A DNA stretch of 64,000 bases. Origin: Podospora anserina. Its lineage: Eukaryota. The notes beneath the pieces were generated by a model. That model did not search any database. It saw only the letters and a program-made list of their open reading frames with translations, and was not told the DNA's origin. Below, in pieces: positions 38,606 to 49,757 of this stretch. The DNA is taken from NCBI GenBank assembly GCA_017654855.1, contig CM030332.1, forward strand, positions 5,642,001 to 5,706,000, read 5' to 3'. The translations under genes and the position numbers were made by a program. Each line of letters begins with the position of its first letter. Within the stretch, counting starts at the first letter, position 1.

Positions 38606-41600
38606 CCATCTCCCCCCTTCTCATACTCGCCCACGAGCTTGGTGATGGCTTCATGCCTCGATACGTGAGTCCTTCGGTTTGTCAGGGTGCTGGGCGTGAA
38701 AGGCTCGTAAAGCCGTCTTGGCTCCGTCGCTGTAGAAGTGGTCGTAAGGCTCCCACGTCCAGTGTCTCCGTTGAGGCCAACCTTCCCACTTGACCAGATA
38801 CTTGACTTCTTCACCCATTGTGGTCGAATCCATCACCTTTTCCACTTGATAGTCTTCTGCCTCTACCGGCTCAGCTTCTCGCAGGACCTGGTCTGGATCA
38901 GGCAGTGCCTGTCCGCCAGCGCGATAGGGCTCGATGAGGGAGACGTGGAAGGTATTGTGGATTCGCCAGTGTTTGGGGAGAGTCAGTCGGACAGCGGTAG
39001 GCGAGATTACCTTCTGGATTTTGAACGGGCCTAACATCTTCTTATCCAGCTTCTTGGAGGGTCGACGAGTCTTAATATGCCTGGCGTTGAGCATTACCAG
39101 TTGATCCTGTTCAAACGAGGGTGCTTCTTTTCTCTTTAGATCTGCCCACTGCTTCATACGTTTGCGGGTGTCTTCCAGGGAATTCTGCGCTTCCTTGTGA
39201 ACTTGGGTCATCCAGTGGGCGTATAGCCGGCTTGAGGGGTTATGAACGGTGGTGTTCGACGAGGGGTTGTTGGAGGCAGGGTGGTAGCCATAGTTGGCGA
39301 AGAAAGGCGACATGCCTGTTGGTGCCTTACGGGCATTATTGTACGCGAATTCTGCTATGGGAAGTAATTTATTCTAGTTAGCCATCTCGTAGTTGACAAA
39401 GGCGCGGAGATACATCTCTAGTTCTTAGTTAACGATTTCCGTTTGGCCGTCTGTTTGTGGATGGAACGCCGTGCTTATACGGCTCTTGATACCGACGAGC
39501 TTCAGGAAATCCTTCTATAAGTGAGCAGTGAAGCGTGAATCGCGGTCTGAGATAATATCCGCTGGCACGCCGTGGAGCCGCCAATACTCGCGCGCGAAGA
39601 TCCGGATCAGGTCGTCAGTTTTCTTCGCTTCCACACGTAGAGGAATAAGGTGTACCATCTTCGTGAACATGTCCACGATGACCCAGATCGAGTCGCACCC
39701 AGAGGACAATGGAAGATCCGTAATAAAGTCCATAGAAATCGCTCTCCACGGCTTCCACGGAATCTCCATTAGTTGGAGCAACCCGAAGGTGCCATGGCGG
39801 GGGTTCTTGTTCTGTTGGCACTCCCGGTACCCACGTACGTATTCGCGGATATCTTGATCCATGCCTGGCCACCAGAAATTACGCCGTATAAGGTCGATAG
39901 TTCTGTCCATTCCCAGGTGGCCTGCGACGACGGAGTCGTGCTCAGATTCGAGGATCTCTTTTCGCAGTGCTGGGTCGCTGGGGATCCTTAACAGGTTGTT
40001 GTGGTACAGTAGACCGTGGTCCTCGTGCTCATTCTTAGGCGGTACTGCTAGATCCTTGGTATAGTCGGTATCTCTGCTAGCAGCTGTCTTGACCCGGGCG
40101 AGGAAGTCGTTGTTCCACGCCGGGGCGACTGGTATACTGGCGAGCCTCGCGGAAGAAACCAGAAAAGAAGGTCCTTCGTTTGGCGGTGAAAAGTGGTGAT
40201 TTTTTAGGACCGAAGTGATCGGCTGGTCCTCATCTCCCCCCTTCTCAGGCCGATACTGGTCGAGTCTTGAGAGCACGTCGGCCTTGCCGTTAAGTCGTCC
40301 AGGCCGATACATGATAATGAAGTTGTAGGCGGCGAGCTCTTACGCCCACCTTGCCTGGCGTCTATTTAAGACCTTCGCTGTGGTGAAGTATGCCAGGTTC
40401 TGATGATCGGAGTACACTTCGATGCGATGCTCTGCCCCCTCGAGGTATCTCCGCCATCTTACAAAGCAGTCGACTATAGCCAGTAGCTCTTTGTCGTATA
40501 CTTCATAGTTCATCTCTGGTTTAGTGAGCTTTCTAGAGTGGAAAGCAACCGGGTGGAGCTTGCTATCGTCCCCCTTCTGGGACATCACTCCACCCAGGGC
40601 GAAGTCAGACGCATCCGTCTCCAGGACCGCCAGCTTTGCTGGGTCGAAGTGAGCGAGGATGGGAGCAGTGGTGAAGGCCTCCTTGAGCCTGTTAAATGCT
40701 ATTTCCATGGCTTGTGTCCACTTCCACTGACGTACGTCGAGCTTCAGGGATGCCGTAAGAGCTTAGGCAATAGCAGAGAACCCCTTAATAAAGCGTCGAT
40801 AGAAGTTGGCGAAGCCGATGAAGGATTGGGTGGCCTTAAGTGTGGTAGGTCTCTCCCAGTTCAAGATGCAGTCTACCTTCTCCTTAGACATAAAGATCCC
40901 ATGCTCAGAGATGATATACCCAAGGTACTCAACCTGCCTTGTAGCCCACACACACTTCTTTACTAAGATGGTGAGGTTATTCTCTTTCAACCGCCGCAAT
41001 ACTTCTTTCGTAAGCCGGTCGTGCTCCTCCATAGTCTCGGCGTATATAAGGATATCATCAACGTACGCCAGTACCCCCATGTCGATCAGGTCACTGAGGA
41101 CTCCATGGACCATGGCTTGGAAGGTGGCTGGGGCATTGATTAGCCCAAAATGCATGACCGTGAACTCGAAGAGACCGTAGCGGCAGCGGAAGGCTGTCTT
41201 CCACTCATCTCCCTCCTTGATTCGTACGAGGTTAAATCCACTCTTAAGATCGATCTTGGTGAAGTACTTAGCTCCGGCAAGACGATCTTGTAGCTCATTT
41301 ATGAGTGGTAGAGGATACCTGTTGGGGATGGTGATGCCATTGAGTGCTCTCCAATCCACCACTGGTCGAAGGTCGTCTTCATACGTTCCCTTCTTCTCGA
41401 TGGAGGCGTCTTTATCCACCATAAAGAGTGGAGCGCTGCAAGGGGACTTGGAAGGCCTGATCTTGCCTTCGGCCAGCATCTCATCCAGCCATACGCGCAG
41501 GAACTTAAGCTCTTTGCCGCTGAGGGAGTAGATAGGCCCCCATGGTGGTGTCTTGCCATCCATCAGGTCGATCGTGTGGTCCCAGGGCTTATGATCAGGT

Positions 41601-44600
41601 AGCCTTTTGGATATATCATGAGGGACTAATGGTGCCAGATCCCGGAAGCGTTCGGGAATAGAGCTTCGATCGTCCTTAACGCTGGAAATGATCCTACCAG
41701 CCTTCCCAAGTACCGATAGGCTAGTGCATCGTTCGCGGCATGTGGGAGAGGTAAATACAATCTTCGTGGGGTCTTGGTCGTAGAAGCCAGCTGGTTGGTG
41801 TTCTTGGAGCCACCAGTGTGGTAAGATAATATCGCATTCTACGTCGAACTTACTAACTTCGAATTACAACTTAGTAAAGTGGTCTTCTAAGTGCCTAAGC
41901 ACCACGGTGTCGGTGTACAATGCTTCCTTACTGGCATCTCCTTCTCCAGTAAAGGATTAAAGGTAGAACCCAGGAGGGTAACGGAAGGTCTTGATCGCGA
42001 GGCGGGTAGCCACATCCTCCGATAAGACGGGAACGGCACTGCCAGGATCCAAGAGAACGCGTACCGGGTGTTCCCGAGGGCGCGCGTTAGTACCTTCGAT
42101 GATGCTCATGCTAACGATAGGCCTGGTCCCCACCTTAGGCCGGTGTCGTGGTTGTTCATCTTCATCCTCTTCGCGAGGGCGCTTGACTCCTGCAACGGTG
42201 ACGCCAGTAGGCCGATTACATCCTGTCGGCGTGGTCAGGCGGCCTAGTGAAAACCCGTCTCAGTGCCAGACATATCGTCGTCAAGTACTTCGAAGACCGG
42301 TGGTTTATTATCGTCAATATGTACCCCAATAGCGTCGATTCGTACTTTCTTTGGAGGTGCTAATTCGTTTTCTTTCTCTTTCTCCTCGGCCTTCCGCTTG
42401 ACCCCGGCTACCTTGGGAGGAGCCGCGGGAAGATCGTTACCGGAGATATCCTTTCTGGCGAAGTAGGCAAGGGTGTAATGATTGTTGCGGCCACATCGCC
42501 AGCATATAGACCCATCCTTTTTATATCTGTCGACGTTATCTTAGGAGATTCCCGCTAATACCTCTTTCACGGTTGCCCACTTAATGTCCTTTGGATCGGG
42601 TCTGCCGCTTAGAGCCTTGAAGGGTGCCTTGCTGCTTCTTAAGGATGGATTTGACGTTTGTTAGGAGCGACTTTGGTGGGGAGGGCCCGACTTCGAGCGC
42701 TCCGAGATCGAAGTGGGCGTGTCTTTTCCCGCCCGGTGGCCAACTGAGATGCTAGGGTTGGTGAGCATATTCTCGTAGATGTGGCCAGCTTCCTGGATGG
42801 CGTGGAGGAAGTCCTCGTCTGTCTCCGGGACGCCTCCCTGTCTTAAGTAGATCAGTTTGGTGATCTCGTCCGGAAGTGCCTTCGAGATATGGCTCTGGAA
42901 CGTGGTTCCTGACCACTGGACTACCTCGTTGAGGTCCATGAGCTCGGTCAAATACTGCGAGATATCTCCTTGGTACCGGAGCTCTTGCATCTTGCGGGCG
43001 TTGCGGTACCTCTCGGCTGTATCCCGAAAGCGTTCTTGGATGGCGGTGGTGTAATTGCTCCAGACGTCCACCAAGCCTAGCCTTCGCACTTGGCTGACTC
43101 GCTGTTGGTGCCATACCTGGGCTTTGTCGGTGAGCAGAGATCCAACCCAGTTAATCCTGACCTGGTCGGTGGGGAACCCTGTGGGGTAGGAATCCATATA
43201 TGCTTCCACCTTGAGCCACCAAGACCTGAATTTGGAGAGATCTCTACCATCGTAGGCTGGGGGCTTTGCCATATGCACCGGATTGACTTGGACTGGTGCC
43301 TGAGAAAATTGACGAATGAGTCGAGTGAGGTTATTTCGGCCCGAGGGACTGGGTGATCGAGGGCGGTTGCGTGAGGCTGGAGGTCCCCTAGGTGGTCCTC
43401 CTCCGGCTCCGTCCGCGGGTGGTCGCCTCTCCTGGTGATCCTCGTGGGAGTCATCTGAGTCCGAGTCGTCAGGGTCCGAAGGTGGTTCCCCGTTAGTAGC
43501 GACGAATCGTCGTGGGGGGAGGCTTCCTCCTCCGCCACCGTTGGGTGTGGGCGTCATGTACATGGGACCGGCTCGAGAGGACTCGAACTGGATATTGGCT
43601 TGTCGAGCTGTACGGCGTGCCTGGGCATCTTGTAGTGCCTGGGTGGTCAAGCGCTCTCGCACACGCCGAGTTGAGGATGATACCTTCGATGGTACTGCTA
43701 CCGACGGTTGCGATGGTCGCGTAGATGCTCGTTGACTAAGGCTACGCTAAACGGAGTCGATGTCGGCATCGGGGTTCTGCTTTAGCTGCGTGCGGAACTC
43801 CTCTAGGGCTTCTTCCGTCAGTTTTTTAACCTGCTCTATGACGGTTCGGCCGTGTTTATCCAGTGTAGAGGGGTCAACGAATTTCTTTGCCAGAAGTCCA
43901 TCGATGTGTTGGTCGCGTTGGAGGGCCCAGATCTCGACCTGCTTATTGAACTTCTTCTGGTACGTAATCTCCTTCTCGAGGGTTAATAGAGCCGCTTAAT
44001 GACGTTTAGCAGATTCCCGAAGTTGCTCAATAGCCTGCTGCCGCTGGCGCTCATCTTGGGTAATGACCGCGATAGCTCCCCAGATCTCGTCCGCGAAGGT
44101 AGTACTGGCGTTTTCGACTTGCTGCCGGAAGTGCTGGATCTGCTGGTCTGAAACTTGGACCCCGAGCTTGACCATATTGGCGCAAATAGTGTATTGTACG
44201 CGGATATGCTCGTACTGCTGCTTAAGGCGTGCGAGCTCTTGGCCGTCAATGCGGTCTTTGTGCTGCTATTGAGCAAGTTGTCGTACACCCTCATAGGTCT
44301 CGCTCATACGGCGATGGAGTTCGACGATCCAGGGTGCTGGATCATGAATAGCACCAGGCAAAGGCTGGATATCGGTGGGGTCGCTCATAATGGCTTCAAA
44401 GTCCTGAGGCGAGTAGAGTGTAAGCTCCATGTGGTCGTTGACCTGAATAGGCTCGGCTGACGGGGAGCGATAGTCCGACATGTTGTAGGTAGAGATAGAC
44501 GCGTTGTCGAGTTCTTCTTGTAGATTTCGAGCGGTCGCGTGCGTAGGTAACGTCGTGGCTGGTGATGTCGGGAGAGGAATATGAGCGGCGTAGCCGGGAA

Positions 44601-44838
44601 TGAAGGGTCGCGGAGTAGGCGAGGCGTTGAAGGAGTATTCTCCTATAGTGAAGTCGGAATCTTCGTCGTCGTCAACCCAAGGGTTACACGGTAGTGGAAC
44701 GAATCCTTCAACGATATCTGAGGGTGGAGCTGATGATGATGTGGTGGACATCAACAAAGGAAGAAAGCGGGGTAAGTGGCGATAGCGCTATGGCGTCGTA
44801 GTGTAGTAGTTGTTGTCTTCGATTGTTTGAAGATTATA

Positions 44839-45192
44839 TGTGACAAGGGCTGTAATATCAGGGCTTGGAACTCATGGTTCAATTCAGGCTAATAATCTTC
44901 AATGGCCTCGAAGAGCGTGATACCGAAAAGAAGAAGAAGAGATACAGTCTTGGTGTTTCCAAACGCGTATTTTACCCTCCCTCGCGTGGCCCGTGCCTTT
45001 GTTGGCCTCAGGCCATCGCCAAGTCCTTCAATATCCTACTGGGCCAGTGGGCTTCCTTTGATAACCGCCATGCCTCTGATTGTCTGCCTCACTTTGAACG
45101 AGAGGCTCACAACTTGCAGTTACCCCTCCTTGCGGTGGTATCGACAGTGTTGTTGGTTGTGGTTACAGGTGGGTGGCTTTTGCCGTGTGACA
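44839..45192 (-). repeat. 5' LTR (354 bp)
   Basis: Appears identical to 38252-38605 by eye; followed on the minus strand by TATAATCTTCAAAC at the PBS position. Confidence 0.97.
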
Positions 45193-46058
45193 ATCATTGA
45201 AAGCCAAAGTACCAACAATCACAGATACAGCCTGTATAGCCTGGCCGCCCTGTGGAGGACCGTTCAGTGGCACTTTGGACTGCCTTGCGCCCTTAGCGAG
45301 GCATAGAGTACTCAGGGCTTCCTTGTCCAACAGGACACTTTAGTATAAAGACCTCTGGCTCATCCACCTTGCCCCGACTCTCTCCTTTCAGAACCGTTAC
45401 TGACTATCTTGCCTGATCAACGACAACTTTCTAACTCACTACAACTCCAGTTTGTACTGGAATTGCCTATTGCCCTTAATACTTACATCTGTTTCCCATT
45501 TTTCTGAGCTAGAAGCCAGCTTCGCCCTCTTCAAATCAAGTCCCGATCTTTGCAACCCAATCATTCATCATGTCTTCGAGTCAACTACCACGGACTGGGT
45601 CGCAGACCAAGAGTACGCGCAGTACGCTGACGGCTCAGTCCCGGGTATCATCCAGCTCAAGTGCACCACGACACGCAGCAACACACACTACAACGTCACT
45701 TGCAGCACGACTCGCAATGGTAGTCACCTGGGACATGCTCCGAGCCCGTTTCCGGAGGCCCCGGCGGACTCTGTGCTCACCATTAACGGTACGCCTGTGG
45801 AGGAGGGAACTAAATCGCATGCCATCATCTCCCACGCCCTGAAGATGGTTGACTTCGTGTACTAGTCCATCTTCTGACGTATTGATCACTCGAGGTCAAG
45901 ATGTTGTTCTTGAAATCCAGTTTCGTCTGGATTTCTGTTCAACTCCATTTGACAATCTAACTGGCATCGGGTTTCAGACATTAGCTACCGCTATCCTTGG
46001 AAGTCTACCACAAGGTTGTTTCCTTGGCCTTTCTTAAGTAGTTTAGCTGAATATTTCA

Positions 46059-47509
46059 TTATAAACTAGTATAAAGATACCGGTACTGTGACGCGACGCA
46101 ACTGCTGTCCACTAGTATATCACTACAAGCTGGATTGTAAGAGTTCGATCTTACACTTCTGACACCCTTTTGAGTAGTTTGCGCAGTGGTATTGTGGGTC
46201 ATTGTGTCATTTCTTACTCTCTTCCGCTCTGAGCAATCCTGTCCCAAGCTGGGTGTTTTCCACCGCAGGCGGGGCACCTGCAGGGTATGCGGCTGGTGTG
46301 AATAGGGCACTGTGCCTCACCCTCCTTGCCTCCCACTCCATGTGCATTTGTGCCACACCTCGGACATAGAGGGTCTTTTCTGCAACGGTAGCTGATGTGG
46401 CCCCATTTCCAACACCTGTAGCACTGGGTGGGACGCAGTGGGGCCCAGTATGGCTCGCAGTTGAATATCTGAGCCCTGAATACCACTCCCGAATCGCAAG
46501 CCTGCTTGGCTTCTGTTTGGTTGGTGAGGATGACGAAGATTGATACCCATTGTAGAGTTTGGTCTTTCGGGTATTGAAATTTGACCCTTTCGATCGACTT
46601 GAGTCCTAGTTCCTGGCCGAATTCCAATTCTGTGGTTCCTTGGATATTTGATTTATAGACTCCTTTGACCAATATGGCAAAGGTTCTTCGAGCTTCTTTC
46701 GCCTGTTCTCCGAATGCTTGTTGTATCCATCCTTTATTCGAAGAGTGCCAGTCTCTGGTGGCTGGATCTGCAAACATGATTACCGTATCACCGCTGGGCA
46801 GCTTTCGGGCAGCTACTGCTCCCTTCCCACTGGAGGCTTGGTTGATGGCTTGTACGGCTTCGAGGGCATTGCGCTTGGCCAGGTCGGATGGTATGTCGTT
46901 TCCTTTGATCAGAATCTCCCGGCTAAGTCTGGCAGGAATTACTTTGGCTGGTTGGTTCGGTGCTGGGGTAGTTACTCCCTTTGCAATATCGGCCCAGGTG
47001 CGAGTAGGTTGAGTAGATCTCGTTGGTTGGGTTTCGCGGAGTGCTGCTCTTACTTCCTTGGCGACTATTTTTCGGAGGTTGAGCAAGGAGGGAGTTTGGT
47101 CGATTCCGGTAGAGGTTGCTGCTGCTGTAGTAGCCTGTCGGTAGGCATCCTGAGTCTCTTTGGCTAAGCTTTGAGCTTTGTCCTTGTTCTCCGTCGGTAT
47201 AAGGGTGAGGAGGTTGTTAATTAGGGTATTGAAGGTCTGGTTGGTTGGGTAGTTTCTGGAGCTGTGGTTGGTCTGAGCTTGTTGGGTGACTGGGGGAGTT
47301 TCTTCGGTTCTGTCCGCTACGTTGGCTTGCTCTCTGGGAAAGCTGGCTGATAAAAACATCGGGCATTTTGATATCAGGCCTGTGGGCTTCCATTGAGGCA
47401 GTTGAGAGTAGTTGGTAAGGATGTATGTGGCTGGTAAAGCTAGGGGGTGGCTGAGAGTGTTTGGTGGTGCGTGCTGCCTGGGTTCGCTTATCGATAAGGT
47501 CAGCAGCAC
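46059..47509 (-). mobile_element. Tad1-like LINE ORF1 (gag) remnant with zinc knuckles; frameshifted, no ORF2
   Basis: RTWADIA, AARKLPSGD, QCYRCWKWGHISYRC, CPRCGTNAH and CPACGGKHPAW, with a frameshift into CSERK. No endonuclease or RT downstream. Confidence 0.8.
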
Positions 47510-47973
47510 GGACCTGTTGTCGACGCGGAGGAGGAGCGGTTGGCGACGCGGTGTTGAGCTTGAATTCTGAACCTTTTTTGCAGCCCCGCGACGGCCGCCG
47601 CGGGGCTAGAGTTGGTATCTTTCGATGGAACTTTTCGAGAGGATTTGATTAATGTAGGTTGCAGCTGTTTTTCCGGCCCCGCTGGCGAGCACTTCCAGTA
47701 CAACGGTATTTATATTCACTACTAATAAAATATATCTCTGCAACCTGCAACCTAGTCCAACCCTACTGCCAGTTGTCCCGATGCTAGATCCTCTCTGCCA
47801 CCAACGCATGTGCTCACCTGTGACAAATCATCCTTAGTCCCAACGTGTCAGATTACCCACAACGAAAGTGCCAGAAAAGAAGGGTACGGATTGGTTGTCA
47901 GAATAGGGCCTGAAAGTGATGCCTGGCAACGATCTGAGTCCATGGCCTCCAGCTATTATTAGTTGACCAAAAT

Positions 47974-48008
47974 TAGACTGAAGGAACAGCCTAGACTGAA
48001 GGAACAGC
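47974..48008 (+). repeat. Tandem duplication TAGACTGAAGGAACAGC x2
   Basis: Copies at 47974-47990 and 47992-48008. Confidence 0.85.
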
Positions 48009-49302
48009 TGAGCCGCTGAAAGGATAAGCTATGCGTCCAACTAAAGGTCTATAAGGGAGAGAGGTTCAGCCTCGATCACAGGAAGAACACAGAATACACA
48101 ATCAATTTTGGACAAGTGTGTGTGCAAGTGATCAAATCCAACACAACGCAAAGCCGTTTCTGGCTCAACCAACAGAAGGGATGCCGGATATGATCCTTGT
48201 AATACTACATCTGCCCTTGTCAGATTGCAAGGTAGCCTTGCAAAGCCAAGCTCCCGGTTTGGCATGGTGTTCCTTGCAAGGAGTCTAAGCGCCAAAAGTG
48301 ACTCTGTGTGTAGTTGGCTAGGAGCTAGTTTTGGAGGTGGATGACGTCCACCTGTAGTTTAAGATCGTGCTCTCAGAGCTGCTTCGAGAGCCAAACCATA
48401 CTGTAAGAATCTGGAAGCGTGGTTTCATCCACAGTACAGACTTGTTGTGTATAATTAAAAGCCATTTATGGCTTCAATAGAGGCAGCGATTCCCTATGTT
48501 GCCTAGGTCAAAACGTAGAAGCTGTTGTGGCTCCAGCAAAGGCAGATCATTACTGCCTACATAGGCAAAATGAAAAAAAGCCGTTTCTGTAATAGGCTAA
48601 GGTAGTGTATTGCAACTAGCTATGCCTTCGCTACGAAGACGCGAAACATGAGAAAGAAAGAAGAGAAATAAGACCTCGCGGGCGAGTACTCTCTAGATAC
48701 ATATGATTGTCTTGGTCCGAGCAGAGGGAGGTGAAAGGTTCCAGAGGTGTCAGTGCGTTACTGACGTTGGCTGGCGCTTGCGCAACACACGAAGTGGAAT
48801 AGGTTCATCAGGGGTTGTCGGTGGGACTACTCCTCACCACTCCCGGGGCTCAGCCCGTTACAGTTTCTGGCTTTACCAGAGGCTGGGACTTCATTTCATG
48901 ATCCTAGGGCTGCCTTAGGCTAAATGATTCGCACATAGAAGCTGTTTCTGTCTCCGCAAAGGCAGATATCCTTGTTTTGGAAACAATCCAAGTTTTCGGT
49001 GATCCCGGATGCAGGAACGATATTTGGAGGGAGACAACTTGCCTGATTTGGACTAACTTAGAAACTGTTCCTGGGGTGGATGCTACGCTGTATGAGATGT
49101 TTCTGACTCTAATACAGACATAACTTTTACACTAATCCTAAAGGGAATAACTATTAGTGCAGCTAGGGTTATTTTCTAGCAACTTCCACCAAAAGCCCCC
49201 TGCAGCGCTAACAACAATTACCGTGTAATAGGTGTACGCTCCAGAAACAGCTCTGCGATGGTCTACCTCCAGTATACCTGGTCTCAGGTGGTTTCAACCA
49301 TT

Positions 49303-49441
49303 GCTCACCCTACTCAGGGCCTTGCTCACCCTGCTCAGGCTTTGCTCACTCTGCTCAAGGCCTTACTCACTCTGTTCAGGACCTTGCTCACCCTGATCAG
49401 GAGATCTCCACTTCTGCTCAGGTTAAAGCGGCGAGTGCTCA
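49303..49441 (+). repeat. Right subterminal GCTCA array (~12 copies, ~21-bp two-motif unit TTGCTCACCCTGCTCAGG)
   Basis: Motifs start at 49303, 312, 324, 333, 344, 353, 365, 374, 386, 395, 416 and 437. Confidence 0.9.
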
Positions 49442-49757
49442 GGTCCAAGAACGGAAATGGAAACGATCCATGTCCAGATTCCGATATTATTATAGGTGTT
49501 ATAAGGCGCATGGAAATGGGTTATCAGGTAGAAATAGGGTTTGGGCATATACCAGGAGTAATTAAAGAGTACATATTGCATAATAATCACATGAATTAAG
49601 TACTCATTTCATTCCCAATTTTCCAATGACATGTCATGCATTGATCGATAGATTTCACCGCATCACCAAGGCTTTAGAATATAGTGGTTTCGACCATCTT
49701 TTAAAGGCCCTTAAGATCTCATGGGAGTGTCTATTTCCCCGTCCACGGTGTGAACGC

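Larger units (their letters stand above)
38252..45192 (-). mobile_element. Full-length Ty3/gypsy chromoviral LTR retrotransposon (Yeti-like, 6941 bp) with stop-interrupted gag-pol
   Basis: 354-bp TG..CA LTRs, 5-bp TSD ATCAT (38247-38251 and 45193-45197) and PPT AAGGGGGGAGATGG. RT (YVDDILIY), RNase H ([14 protein letters not shown]), integrase (HDSVVAGH, ISMDFITDLP, SDRD, GPF) and chromodomain (YQVEKV..YLVKWEG..TWEP). Confidence 0.97.
38090..45487. mobile_element. Possible ~450-bp solo LTR (38090-38251 plus 45198-45487) split by the gypsy insertion
   Basis: TGTAA...TTACA ends, internal ~14-bp ATCTGCACAGC-type repeats (38123-38185) and a TATAAA near 45344. Flanks CCGGT and TCTGT are not a clean TSD. 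Confidence 0.4.
31169..49496. mobile_element. Putative ~18.3-kb non-autonomous large element/island bounded by asymmetric inverted repeats
   Basis: CGGAATCTGGACAT (31172-31185) is the exact reverse complement of 49470-49483, and CTCGCCGCTTTA (31203-31214) of 49424-49435. Flanked by TGTTTTAA (31161-31168) and TGTTATAA (49497-49504). GCTCA arrays at both ends; conserved genes lie immediately outside. Confidence 0.7.

Noticed and set aside
38278-38793. Duplicated ORFs at 38278/44865 and 38315/44902 as paralogous genes
   Set aside because: They are incidental translations of the two LTRs on the antisense strand.
45452-45865. Small protein gene inside the island
   Set aside because: The plausible frame lacks an ATG (the ATG at 45570 is in another frame) and has no recognisable domain; possibly a pseudogene, but unsupported.
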